From Vicinamibacterales bacterium (GTDB lineage Bacteria > Acidobacteriota > Vicinamibacteria > Vicinamibacterales > JAENWD01), in NCBI GenBank assembly GCA_036381155.1, contig DASVDJ010000035.1, positions 73,755 to 137,754 on the forward strand: a stretch of 64,000 nt of DNA. Direction: 5' to 3'. Every line of letters starts with the position of its first letter. Position 1 is the stretch's first letter. A program made the position numbers and the translations under genes. Below the pieces are notes generated by a model. It was not told where the DNA came from. It did not search any database and worked only from the letters and a program-made list of their open reading frames with translations. This document shows, one piece after another, positions 17,132 through 25,035 of this stretch.

Positions 17132-17832
17132 GCGACCTCCCGCTGTTCGCGCACGCGATCCGCGGCGCGGATGATGCCCTGCAGCGGCACGCGTGTGGCC
17201 GTGCCGCCGGCTCGCCGAAGGACGGCGTCCATGTAGGCGAGGTCCTCGGGGGTGTCGATCGTCAGCCTGAGGTCCGGGCGGCAGAGGGCACGCGGCGCCC
17301 AGGGTTCGAGCGTGCGGAACCGGTTCTCCGGGCGTTTCAGGTACGGGGTGACGTGCTCGCGGTCGTAGGCGGAGGTCGCACGCTCCGCGGCCAGCAGCAG
17401 CGCCTGCGCCCGCATGCCTTCCACGGCGGCGCCAACCGGCAGACCGCGCTCGACGACGTAGTCGAGCGGCGCCGATCGCAGATGGGCCAGCACGCGGGCG
17501 GGCGCGTCGATGTCGACGCACGGGTTGTCGGCCGTCGCGCGGATCACGTAGACGGGCCGGAGGGCTTCGACAACCTCCACGAAGCGGCCGAGGACATCGG
17601 CATCCGGCCCGCGCAGGCACGGCACGCCGTGCGCGAGCGCCTCGTCCTCGAGGCCGTCGTCCTCCGCCCGCGTCGTCGTGGCCAGTACCAGCGGTGCGGC
17701 ACCTCCCGCGAGCAGACGGTCGAGGCACCGCGACAGCACGGACCGCCCTGCCACCGGGCGCAGCGCCTTGCCGGCCAGCCGGACCGAACCGAGCCGGGCC
17801 TGCAGGATGATGAGCGCGTCGGCCGCTCTCAT
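17128..17832 (-). CDS. Cytidylyltransferase (SpsF/PseF-like, CMP-nonulosonate synthetase candidate)
   Basis: 234 aa from ATG 17832 (ATGA overlaps at both ends). ALIILQARLGSVRLAGKALRPVAGRSVL is the N-terminal nucleotidyltransferase motif. Confidence 0.78.
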   Translation of the reverse strand: MRAADALIILQARLGSVRLAGKALRPVAGRSVLSRCLDRLLAGGAAPLVLATTTRAEDDGLEDEALAHGVPCLRGPDADVLGRFVEVVEALRPVYVIRATADNPCVDIDAPARVLAHLRSAPLDYVVERGLPVGAAVEGMRAQALLLAAERATSAYDREHVTPYLKRPENRFRTLEPWAPRALCRPDLRLTIDTPEDLAYMDAVLRRAGGTATRVPLQGIIRAADRVREQREVA

Positions 17833-18833
17833 GCGACGTCCTCCAGCCGCTGTGCCCCGGCGCGCAGCGCCGCCACGCGATCGTCGTCCAGGAAGATCGC
17901 TGCCTCGTAGCTCGTCATCCAGAACCCCGGTTCGAACCGGCCGATGGCGGGAGACACGCGCTCGCCGCTGGCCATGGCGACGAGCATCCCGGGAAAGTCG
18001 GCGCCGGCCGCCATCGTCAGCGGGATGCCGCCCGAGAACCGCGGGTTGATCTCGAAGACGACGGGCACGCCGTTGACGACGCGGCACTGGATGTTGACGG
18101 CGCCTGCGAAGCGCAGCGTCCGCGCACAGGAAAGCGCCAGCTCGATGAGCGCCGGGTCGTCCGCCGTGCGCCCGCGGTCGATGACGCCGGCCCGGATGAC
18201 CACGCGCTCGCGCGGGACGACGCTGATCGGCCGGCCGTCGAAGTCGCACAGCAGGTCGATGGTGAACTCCGGTCCGTCGAGGAACTCCTGCACGATCGGA
18301 TTCCGGACGTATTCGAGGAAGAACGCGAGCTCTCGCGGCGAACGTGCCCGAAACGCGCCGACGCCGCCCCGCCCGACGCGCGGCTTGACGAACAGCGGAA
18401 ACGTCGGCCTGGCGGGCAGGTCGTCCGGCAGCCACGTCGCGGCCGCGGCCAGTCCTTCGGCGCGCAGGTGCGTGCAGGTGGCGAGCTTGTCATTGCAGAT
18501 CGCCGCGGTCTCCGCCGGTGATACCGCGACGACGATGCCGCGTGCGGCGAAGGCATCGCGCGCGGACGCGAACCGCTCGAGCTCGTCGTCGATCGTCGGC
18601 ACCACGAGCCGGACCCGCTCCGCTTCGCAGATCCCGGCGATCACGTCGAGGTACTCCGGATCGTCCGACAGCGGGACCAGATACGAGCGATCCGCGACGT
18701 GCACCGCCGGCGAGAGCGGGTTGATGTCGGTGACGACCACTCGCCCACCACCCCGCGCGGCGAGGGCACGCTGGAAGCCCTGCACGAGCGCGACGCGGCG
18801 CGACGCCGCGGTGACGAGCACGTTACACGGCAC
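17829..18833 (-). CDS. ATP-grasp domain protein
   Basis: 334 aa, GTG start. ATP-grasp pattern: LFVKPRVGRGGVG, VQEFLDGPEFTIDLL, FEINPRFSGG. Confidence 0.8.
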   Translation of the reverse strand: MPCNVLVTAASRRVALVQGFQRALAARGGGRVVVTDINPLSPAVHVADRSYLVPLSDDPEYLDVIAGICEAERVRLVVPTIDDELERFASARDAFAARGIVVAVSPAETAAICNDKLATCTHLRAEGLAAAATWLPDDLPARPTFPLFVKPRVGRGGVGAFRARSPRELAFFLEYVRNPIVQEFLDGPEFTIDLLCDFDGRPISVVPRERVVIRAGVIDRGRTADDPALIELALSCARTLRFAGAVNIQCRVVNGVPVVFEINPRFSGGIPLTMAAGADFPGMLVAMASGERVSPAIGRFEPGFWMTSYEAAIFLDDDRVAALRAGAQRLEDVA

Positions 18834-19878
18834 GGCGCATCTCCGAATCGGCCACGGCGTCCCACTGAATGGCCTCGCCGGCTGCGATATCGCGCAGAAG
18901 GACGCAGCCGATCAGCCGGTCGATGTCCGAAGCCGGAACGCCACGCGCAGGCCGCAACGCGACCAGGTCGGTTTCCCGGAGCACGTCGCCGCGGGCGAGC
19001 GCGCGCACGGCGTGCAGCGCGCGGCGGCTGGGGACGAGATTCGGCGACTCCGCGTCCAGGCACGTCTTCGTGCCATCCCCCAGGGCCAGCCGGGTGCGCT
19101 CGGCAGCGGCGATGGCGGCGCGCAGCTCGTCGGGAGTCGACGACACCGCGCGGTCGATGGCCGTGCTGTCCGCCTGGTCGACGATGTGACGCTCGTAGAT
19201 CGAGGCGCCGAGAGCGGCCGCGACGACGATCGCGGGGCTGAACGTGCCGTGGTCCGACAGGCCGACGGGACGGCTGGTCGCACGCGCGAGCGTGGCGATC
19301 GCGGCGAGGTTCTCCTGGCCCTCGGGCACGGGATAGGCGGACACGCAGTGCAGTACCGCGATGTCGCGCGCGCCCGCGTCGGCTGCCCAGTCCACGGCGC
19401 GCCGGACTTCGTCGAGGGAGCTCATCCCCGTCGAGAGCACGAGCGGCACGCCGGTGCGCGCCACGCGCTCGATCAGGCGGCGGTGCGTCAGGTCGCCGCT
19501 CGCAATCTTCCAGGCATCCACGCCGACGCGCTCGAGCAGGTCGACGGCGCGATCGTCGAAAGGCGTCGACATGAACGCCAGGCCGTGCGCCCGCGCGCGC
19601 GCCGCGACGATCCGGTGCGCCTCCTCGTCGAGCTCGAACGTCCGGAAGAAGTCGCGCAGCGAGCCCGCGGCCACATGGGCGGGGGCCGGACAGTTCGCGG
19701 CGACGAGTCCGTCGGCGTGCAGCGTCTGGAGCTTCACCGCGGACGCGCCGGCGGCAGCGGCCGCGTCGACGAGCGCGCACGCGAGATCGGGCGACCCGCC
19801 GTGGTTCAGCCCGATCTCGGCGATGACGAACATCGGCTGTCCGGGGCCGACACGGCGTCCGGCAATCTCACACGTCAT
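18823..19878 (-). CDS. pseI: Nonulosonic acid synthase (PseI/NeuB family)
   Basis: 351 aa from ATG 19878. MFVIAEIGLNHGGS, WKIASGDLTH, and a C-terminal SAF-like domain. Confidence 0.9.
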   Translation of the reverse strand: MTCEIAGRRVGPGQPMFVIAEIGLNHGGSPDLACALVDAAAAAGASAVKLQTLHADGLVAANCPAPAHVAAGSLRDFFRTFELDEEAHRIVAARARAHGLAFMSTPFDDRAVDLLERVGVDAWKIASGDLTHRRLIERVARTGVPLVLSTGMSSLDEVRRAVDWAADAGARDIAVLHCVSAYPVPEGQENLAAIATLARATSRPVGLSDHGTFSPAIVVAAALGASIYERHIVDQADSTAIDRAVSSTPDELRAAIAAAERTRLALGDGTKTCLDAESPNLVPSRRALHAVRALARGDVLRETDLVALRPARGVPASDIDRLIGCVLLRDIAAGEAIQWDAVADSEMRRAV

Positions 19879-20557
19879 GAACGACCTCCGCATCGAGCAG
19901 CCGCGCAACCGCCGCCGGCACGTCGGCGACGGATACGACGGTTTCGTCGGCCGGCCCGGTAACACCCGCCGCAACGGACCGGTGCGCGCCGCGGCGCACG
20001 CGAACGGTCCGCAGACCGGCCGCCCGTGCGCCGTCGATGTCGCACCAGGGGTCGTCACCGGCCATCACCGCACGCGCCGGCGTCACGCCGAGCGTCCGGC
20101 AGACCTCGTGAAACGCTGCCGGGTCGGGCTTCCCTTCGCTGACCTCGTGGGCATACACGACGACGTCGACGAGCGGGACGAGCCCGAGCGCGGCGACCTT
20201 CGCCCGCTGGACCTGCGGCAGTCCGTTCGTCAGCACGCCGACCCGCCAGCGCTCCCGCGCAGCGCCCAGCGCACGCCGGGCGGCGCCGGGCAGCCGCAGT
20301 TCCGGCCGGTGTGTGCGGTAGACGGCAAGCAGCTCGTGGACCATCTCGGGCCCTCCGCCGAGCGCCGCGGCCAGCCGCTGGAGCGCCGCCGCCCGCGCGC
20401 CGCGACGGAGCGCCGCCCGCAGATGGCCGAACGCTTCCCGGTGGTCCATCCCGTACCGGGTCTCGACGTGGCGCGCGATGGCGGCGTACCCGCTCCACGC
20501 AAACCGGCGCTCCGGATAGAGCGTGTCGTCGAGATCGAAAATCACGGCGCCGGTCAT
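19868..20557 (-). CDS. HAD-superfamily hydrolase
   Basis: 229 aa from ATG 20557. HAD motifs: VIFDLDDTLY, LTNG, GKPDP, MAGDDPWCDIDGA. Confidence 0.8.
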   Translation of the reverse strand: MTGAVIFDLDDTLYPERRFAWSGYAAIARHVETRYGMDHREAFGHLRAALRRGARAAALQRLAAALGGGPEMVHELLAVYRTHRPELRLPGAARRALGAARERWRVGVLTNGLPQVQRAKVAALGLVPLVDVVVYAHEVSEGKPDPAAFHEVCRTLGVTPARAVMAGDDPWCDIDGARAAGLRTVRVRRGAHRSVAAGVTGPADETVVSVADVPAAVARLLDAEVVHDV

Positions 20558-21495
20558 ACGCGCCCGCTCCCGGCCAGGCGCATCAGCGCCGACGCCACAC
20601 GCTCTGCTCCGCGGCCATCCACCAGCCGGCGGCCGCTGCGGCCCAACCGCTCGGCCGTCGACGGATCGCCGAGCAACGCCGCGGCAGCCCGCGCAATCCC
20701 CCGCGGCGATCGGGGCGATGCCGCGATCGCGGCCCCTGCTCTTTCGAACGCGGCGACCGCGGCTCGCTGACCCGCGACGACCGGCACGGCGACGACAGGC
20801 ACCCCGAGAGCGGCCGCTTCGTAGAGCGTCACGCCGCCCGCGACGACGGCGACGTCGGCCCGCGCGAGTGTGGGAGCCAGGCTGCGCCGTGGACCGAGCA
20901 GCTCGACGCCGGCCGCCGTGCGGTCGCTCGATGCGGCAAACCCCGCGGCGATCTGCACCTGAACCGCTGGACACGCCGCGCGGAGCGCCGTTGCGATCGA
21001 CCGCGCCAGCCCGACCCGTGGACCGCCGCCAAGCGCAATGACGACGCGCTCGCGACAGCGGACACGGCGGGTTCGGGCAATCGCCGGGTCGACGATCATG
21101 AATCGCGGGCCGAGCAGGGTGCGCCGCGCCCCGGCGATCGGACGCCGCGCGGCCAGGCTCCCGTCGATCGCGAGGTCGGAGGCGACCGGCGCGATGCCGG
21201 CGTCGTGCACGCTCGCGACCGGCACACCTCGCCGGCGCGCCGCGCCCAGCCAGCGCGCGGCGTCGCTGGCGACCGGCGTGTCGAGCACGACGAGGTCCGG
21301 GCCGAGTGCGTCGACCAGCGACGGGCCGCCGTGCACGACGCGAACGCGGCGGCGCGAGAGTCCGGGCAGGGGCCCGCCGAGCACGCTGATCCACACTCGT
21401 GCGTCGAGGGCGTTGCCGAGGCGGGCCGCACGGACGATGTGTCCGAAGCCGCGGCCCGGCCCGCATGCCACGCGAAACAGAACGCGAGGTTTCAT
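20554..21495 (-). CDS. pseG: PseG-like UDP-sugar hydrolase / GT28-type protein
   Basis: 313 aa from ATG 21495. The N-terminus VLFRVACGPGRGFGHIVRAARLGNAL and a C-terminal GT-B half (VVAGGVTLYEAAALGVP) match the family. Confidence 0.68.
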   Translation of the reverse strand: MKPRVLFRVACGPGRGFGHIVRAARLGNALDARVWISVLGGPLPGLSRRRVRVVHGGPSLVDALGPDLVVLDTPVASDAARWLGAARRRGVPVASVHDAGIAPVASDLAIDGSLAARRPIAGARRTLLGPRFMIVDPAIARTRRVRCRERVVIALGGGPRVGLARSIATALRAACPAVQVQIAAGFAASSDRTAAGVELLGPRRSLAPTLARADVAVVAGGVTLYEAAALGVPVVAVPVVAGQRAAVAAFERAGAAIAASPRSPRGIARAAAALLGDPSTAERLGRSGRRLVDGRGAERVASALMRLAGSGRV

Positions 21496-22664
21496 GCGCG
21501 GCCGGCGATCTCCGTCCGCACCGCCTCGATCACCTGATCGACCTCGGTGTCGGTCAGGGCCGCGGACAACGGAAGCGACAACGTCGTGTCCGAGACGCGC
21601 TCGGCGTGCGGGAACATGCCCCGGGCAAGGCCGAACCGCCCGGCATAGAACGAATGGAGGTGCAGCGCGCGGAAGTGGATGCTGGTGCCGATGCCGCGTG
21701 CGGCGAGGGCCTGCTGCAGCGCGTCGCGCGACCGCCCGCACGCCGCCTCCTCGATCAGCACGGCATACAGGTGATGCGCGTGGCGCTCGCCGGGGCCGAC
21801 CGGCGGCGGCGTGACGATCGGCAGATCGGCAAAGGCCTCGTCGTACCGGGCGGCAATCGCGGCGCGGCGCCGGTAGAGCGCCTCGAGCCGTTCGAGCTGC
21901 CGCAGGCCGATCGCCGCCTGCAGATCCATCATGTTGTACTTGAAGCCGGCCAGCAGGACGTCGTAGTGCGGCGACCCGTTCTGCGCGTACCGGCTCCAGC
22001 CGTTGCGGCTCAGGCCGTGCAGCGCCGCCGTCCGCACGAACGCCTCGGCGTCGGCGTGCGGCGTCGTCAACATCCCCCCTTCGCCCGTCGTGAGGTTCTT
22101 CGTCGAGTAGAAGCTGAAGCAGGTGAAGTCGGCCGTCGTGCCGACCTTGCCCGCGTTCGACACCGCCTCGATCGCATGGGCCGCGTCCTCGATGAGCGTC
22201 AGCCCGCGTTCGGCGGCGAGGCGGCGGAGCGCCGCGATGTCGGCCGGGTGGCCGCCCAGATGCACCGCCACGATCGCGCGGGTGCGCGGCGACATCGCCT
22301 GGCGCACGGCCTGCGGATCGAGATTGCGCGTGACCGGGTCGACGTCGGCGAAGACCGGCGTGGCGCCGGCATGGATGATCGCGTTCGCGGTCGCACAGAA
22401 CGTGAGCGGTGTGGTGATGACCTCGTCGCCCGGACCGATGCCGGCGGCGAGCAGCGCCAGGTGCAGCGCGGCGGTGCACGAGTTGAGCGCCACCGCGCGC
22501 GGAGCGCCGATCCAGGCCGCGAAGGCCGTCTCGAACGCCGCCACCCGCGGACCGGTCGTCAGCCAGCCCGACTCCAGCGTCGCGATCACCTCGGTGATCT
22601 CGGCCTCGCTCAGCGCCGGACGCGCCAGGGCCACGTACGCGCCGCTGCTCGTCGTCACGGACAT
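21492..22664 (-). CDS. pseC: DegT/DnrJ/EryC1/StrS-family sugar aminotransferase (PseC-like)
   Basis: 390 aa. CTAALHLAL, a FSFYSTKNLTTGEGG PLP-lysine region, and the typical family length. Confidence 0.9.
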   Translation of the reverse strand: MSVTTSSGAYVALARPALSEAEITEVIATLESGWLTTGPRVAAFETAFAAWIGAPRAVALNSCTAALHLALLAAGIGPGDEVITTPLTFCATANAIIHAGATPVFADVDPVTRNLDPQAVRQAMSPRTRAIVAVHLGGHPADIAALRRLAAERGLTLIEDAAHAIEAVSNAGKVGTTADFTCFSFYSTKNLTTGEGGMLTTPHADAEAFVRTAALHGLSRNGWSRYAQNGSPHYDVLLAGFKYNMMDLQAAIGLRQLERLEALYRRRAAIAARYDEAFADLPIVTPPPVGPGERHAHHLYAVLIEEAACGRSRDALQQALAARGIGTSIHFRALHLHSFYAGRFGLARGMFPHAERVSDTTLSLPLSAALTDTEVDQVIEAVRTEIAGRA

Positions 22665-22665
22665 G

Positions 22666-23295
22666 TCAGTGCGCGTCGGCCGCGCGCCGCGCGAGTGCGG
22701 CCAGGGCGGAGAAGAACGGCTCGCACCGGCCGAGCGCCGGCTCGAGATCGAACTCGAGGATGTCGGCGACGGTCACCCAGTCCTGCTGCGCCTGCGCCTC
22801 GGACAGGGCCGCCAGCGGCGTGCCGAGCCCCTCGAGCACCTCGATGGCCGTCTGCCCGTCGCATTCGGCCGCTTCGAGCGGCACGCCCATGGCGGTGCCC
22901 AGTGCATCGAGGAGCGACACCAGCGTCCGCAGGCCTCCGGTGAGCTCCGCGAGCCCCTCGTTCGCGTACACGGCGTCGGCACGCCGGAATCGTTGCGCGA
23001 TCTCGAGCGTGTGCTGCCGGAGCCCGGCGAGTCCGCGGAGCGCCTCGTCGAGCGAGGTCGCGACGAGCGTGGCCGGCGTGGCCACCTCCATCTCCACGAC
23101 CGCGAAGTCATCCAGCGTGCGCGCGGCGAACGCGGCATCGCGGAATGACGGCTCCTCGACGCCGTCGAGTCGAACCGCCGTCACCACTTCGCCGGCCGAC
23201 GCGCTGGTCCGATCCGCCCACGCGAGCAAATCGCCCAGCGTTTTCAGGCCCGGTTCGAGATCGCGCGCCTGGCTGTTCACGAGCACCCTGGTCAT
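22666..23295 (-). CDS. Hypothetical protein, first gene of the sugar operon
   Basis: 209 aa from ATG 23295, with GGAGG 9 nt upstream. GC3 is high. I recognise no family by eye. Confidence 0.6.
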   Translation of the reverse strand: MTRVLVNSQARDLEPGLKTLGDLLAWADRTSASAGEVVTAVRLDGVEEPSFRDAAFAARTLDDFAVVEMEVATPATLVATSLDEALRGLAGLRQHTLEIAQRFRRADAVYANEGLAELTGGLRTLVSLLDALGTAMGVPLEAAECDGQTAIEVLEGLGTPLAALSEAQAQQDWVTVADILEFDLEPALGRCEPFFSALAALARRAADAH

Positions 23296-23323
23296 CACCG
23301 CAGTCCTCCGCGGGGACTCTCCG

Positions 23324-23339
23324 GCCAGAACCGTGCCAT
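23324..23339 (-). promoter_or_regulatory. Sigma-54-type -24/-12 promoter for the sugar/flbD/motAB2 operon
   Basis: The minus strand reads aTGGCAC-ggttc-TGGCc with exact GG-N10-GC spacing. The predicted start lies just upstream of the GGAGG of the first gene. Confidence 0.5.
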
Positions 23340-23445
23340 GTTCCGCGGTGATCTGTGCGCCACGGATCGGCGCGCGCGTCCGCTCGTGCGTGAGTGCCGT
23401 GAGGAGGTTGGCTGCTGCGTGTCGTGCCGTGCAGTGGTGCGCGAA

Positions 23446-25035
23446 TCAGCTCGCTGCGGTTGCCGCGGCCCGTCCGGAGAAGATGCGCGCGAGCAGCCGC
23501 GCACGCCTGGCGGCCATCGCCCACTCCTCCCGGTAGAAGTGCGCCAGCGACCGTACGTCATGTCCGGCAGCCGACTCGAGGCGGGTGCGCAGGTACGCGA
23601 CGACCGGCAGCAGGATTGGAGTGACGGTAGCCGCCGTGTGCGCCACCTCGAACGCGCGCCCCAGTTCGGTGGCATGCGTCTCTGCGGCCCGGTTCGCGCC
23701 ATCGATGCGCCGGGCGATCGCCGCCGCCCGATCTGCTCGTACGGCGAACCGCTCCAGCGCCCCGATCAGATCCCGATCGTCCAGCGCGAGCTCCTCGAGC
23801 GCGAGGCCGTCGGGCGCCGGCACGCCGGGCACCGGCATCGTCGTCTCCCACATCCGCGCGAGCGCGCGGCGCTCGATGCTCTGGCGCCGGCCGGCGGGCT
23901 CCCACACCGGCCGGTACTCAATCCGTCCGGTAGCGGTCCGTTCCGCCACGAGGACCCTGGCCCGAGCCGGCCGCACGAGCGGACCGTCGCCGAGCGCGAA
24001 GCGCGCGAGACCGGCAATCTCGGCTTCGTTCAGATCGTCACGGCACGTCAGCTGATGGCAGGACGCGCCGGCGGCGCACGGGAAGCAGGCCGCCGTCGGC
24101 TCCACCGCGACGGAGCCGGCCGCATACGGACCGGTCTCGTGCACGAACACCGGTCCCGTGGACAGGTCGAGCACCCGCGTGCCGACGGCCACCGCGACGT
24201 GCATCGTCCCGGTGTCGTTCGTGACCAGGAGCCGCGCGTGCCCGAGCAGCGCCGCCAGCTCCGGCACCGACGTCTCGCCCGCCGCGTCGATGGCCGGCCG
24301 GTCGAGCCGGGCGAGCGCACGACCCACGAGCGGACGCTCCGACGCGGATCCGACGAACACCATCGTGCCTGCGGATGCGGGCAGCAGATTCGCCATGGCG
24401 GCAACCCGCTCCGGCGGCCAGCGCTTGCGCTCGTCGCTGGCACCGAGCTGCAACGCGATCAGCGGTTCCCCTGTCCATCCCCGCGTGCGGAGCCAGGCCT
24501 CCATCTTCGTCCGGGCCTCGACCGGCACGTCGATCTCGAGCCTGCCGTCGTCGATCGGCACGCCGGCGGTCCATTGGAAGAGGTCGACGAGGTTGATGCA
24601 GCCGTACGTCCGCGCCAGCTGGCTCGCCCAGAAGTACGCCATCCAGGGATGGCGGACCACACGCGTGCGATCGGGCGCGATCAGGGCGCCGCGGACCTCG
24701 CGGGCCCGCACCCGCGCGCTGAGCAGGTTCGCCGTCGGGCTGCCGGTCAGATTGAGCACGAGGTCGAACGGCTCGGTGCCGAGCGAGTCGAGGAACGCAC
24801 GCAGTTCGCGCCTCGCCGCCGTCCAGTCGGTCCTGACGGATTCGCCCAGGCTCCTGAGGGGGAAGACTGCCAGCTCGTCGTAGAGCGCACGCGGTACCGG
24901 TGTGTGGCTGAAGCCGTCGAACACCATCAGCGTGATGCGCGCCCCCGGATGCGCACGACGCAGGCCACGCAACATCGGCGTGGTCTGCAGCATGTCGCCG
25001 AGCCGGCAGAGCTGGATGACGAGGATGCGGGTCAT
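23446..25035 (-). CDS. GT9 (heptosyltransferase-like) glycosyltransferase with long C-terminal extension
   Basis: 529 aa. MTRILVIQLCRLGDMLQTTPMLRGLR and LLVTNDTGTMHVAVAVG are GT9 hallmarks. A Cys cluster (CFPCAAGASCHQLTC) and about 190 extra residues follow. Confidence 0.8.
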   Translation of the reverse strand: MTRILVIQLCRLGDMLQTTPMLRGLRRAHPGARITLMVFDGFSHTPVPRALYDELAVFPLRSLGESVRTDWTAARRELRAFLDSLGTEPFDLVLNLTGSPTANLLSARVRAREVRGALIAPDRTRVVRHPWMAYFWASQLARTYGCINLVDLFQWTAGVPIDDGRLEIDVPVEARTKMEAWLRTRGWTGEPLIALQLGASDERKRWPPERVAAMANLLPASAGTMVFVGSASERPLVGRALARLDRPAIDAAGETSVPELAALLGHARLLVTNDTGTMHVAVAVGTRVLDLSTGPVFVHETGPYAAGSVAVEPTAACFPCAAGASCHQLTCRDDLNEAEIAGLARFALGDGPLVRPARARVLVAERTATGRIEYRPVWEPAGRRQSIERRALARMWETTMPVPGVPAPDGLALEELALDDRDLIGALERFAVRADRAAAIARRIDGANRAAETHATELGRAFEVAHTAATVTPILLPVVAYLRTRLESAAGHDVRSLAHFYREEWAMAARRARLLARIFSGRAAATAAS

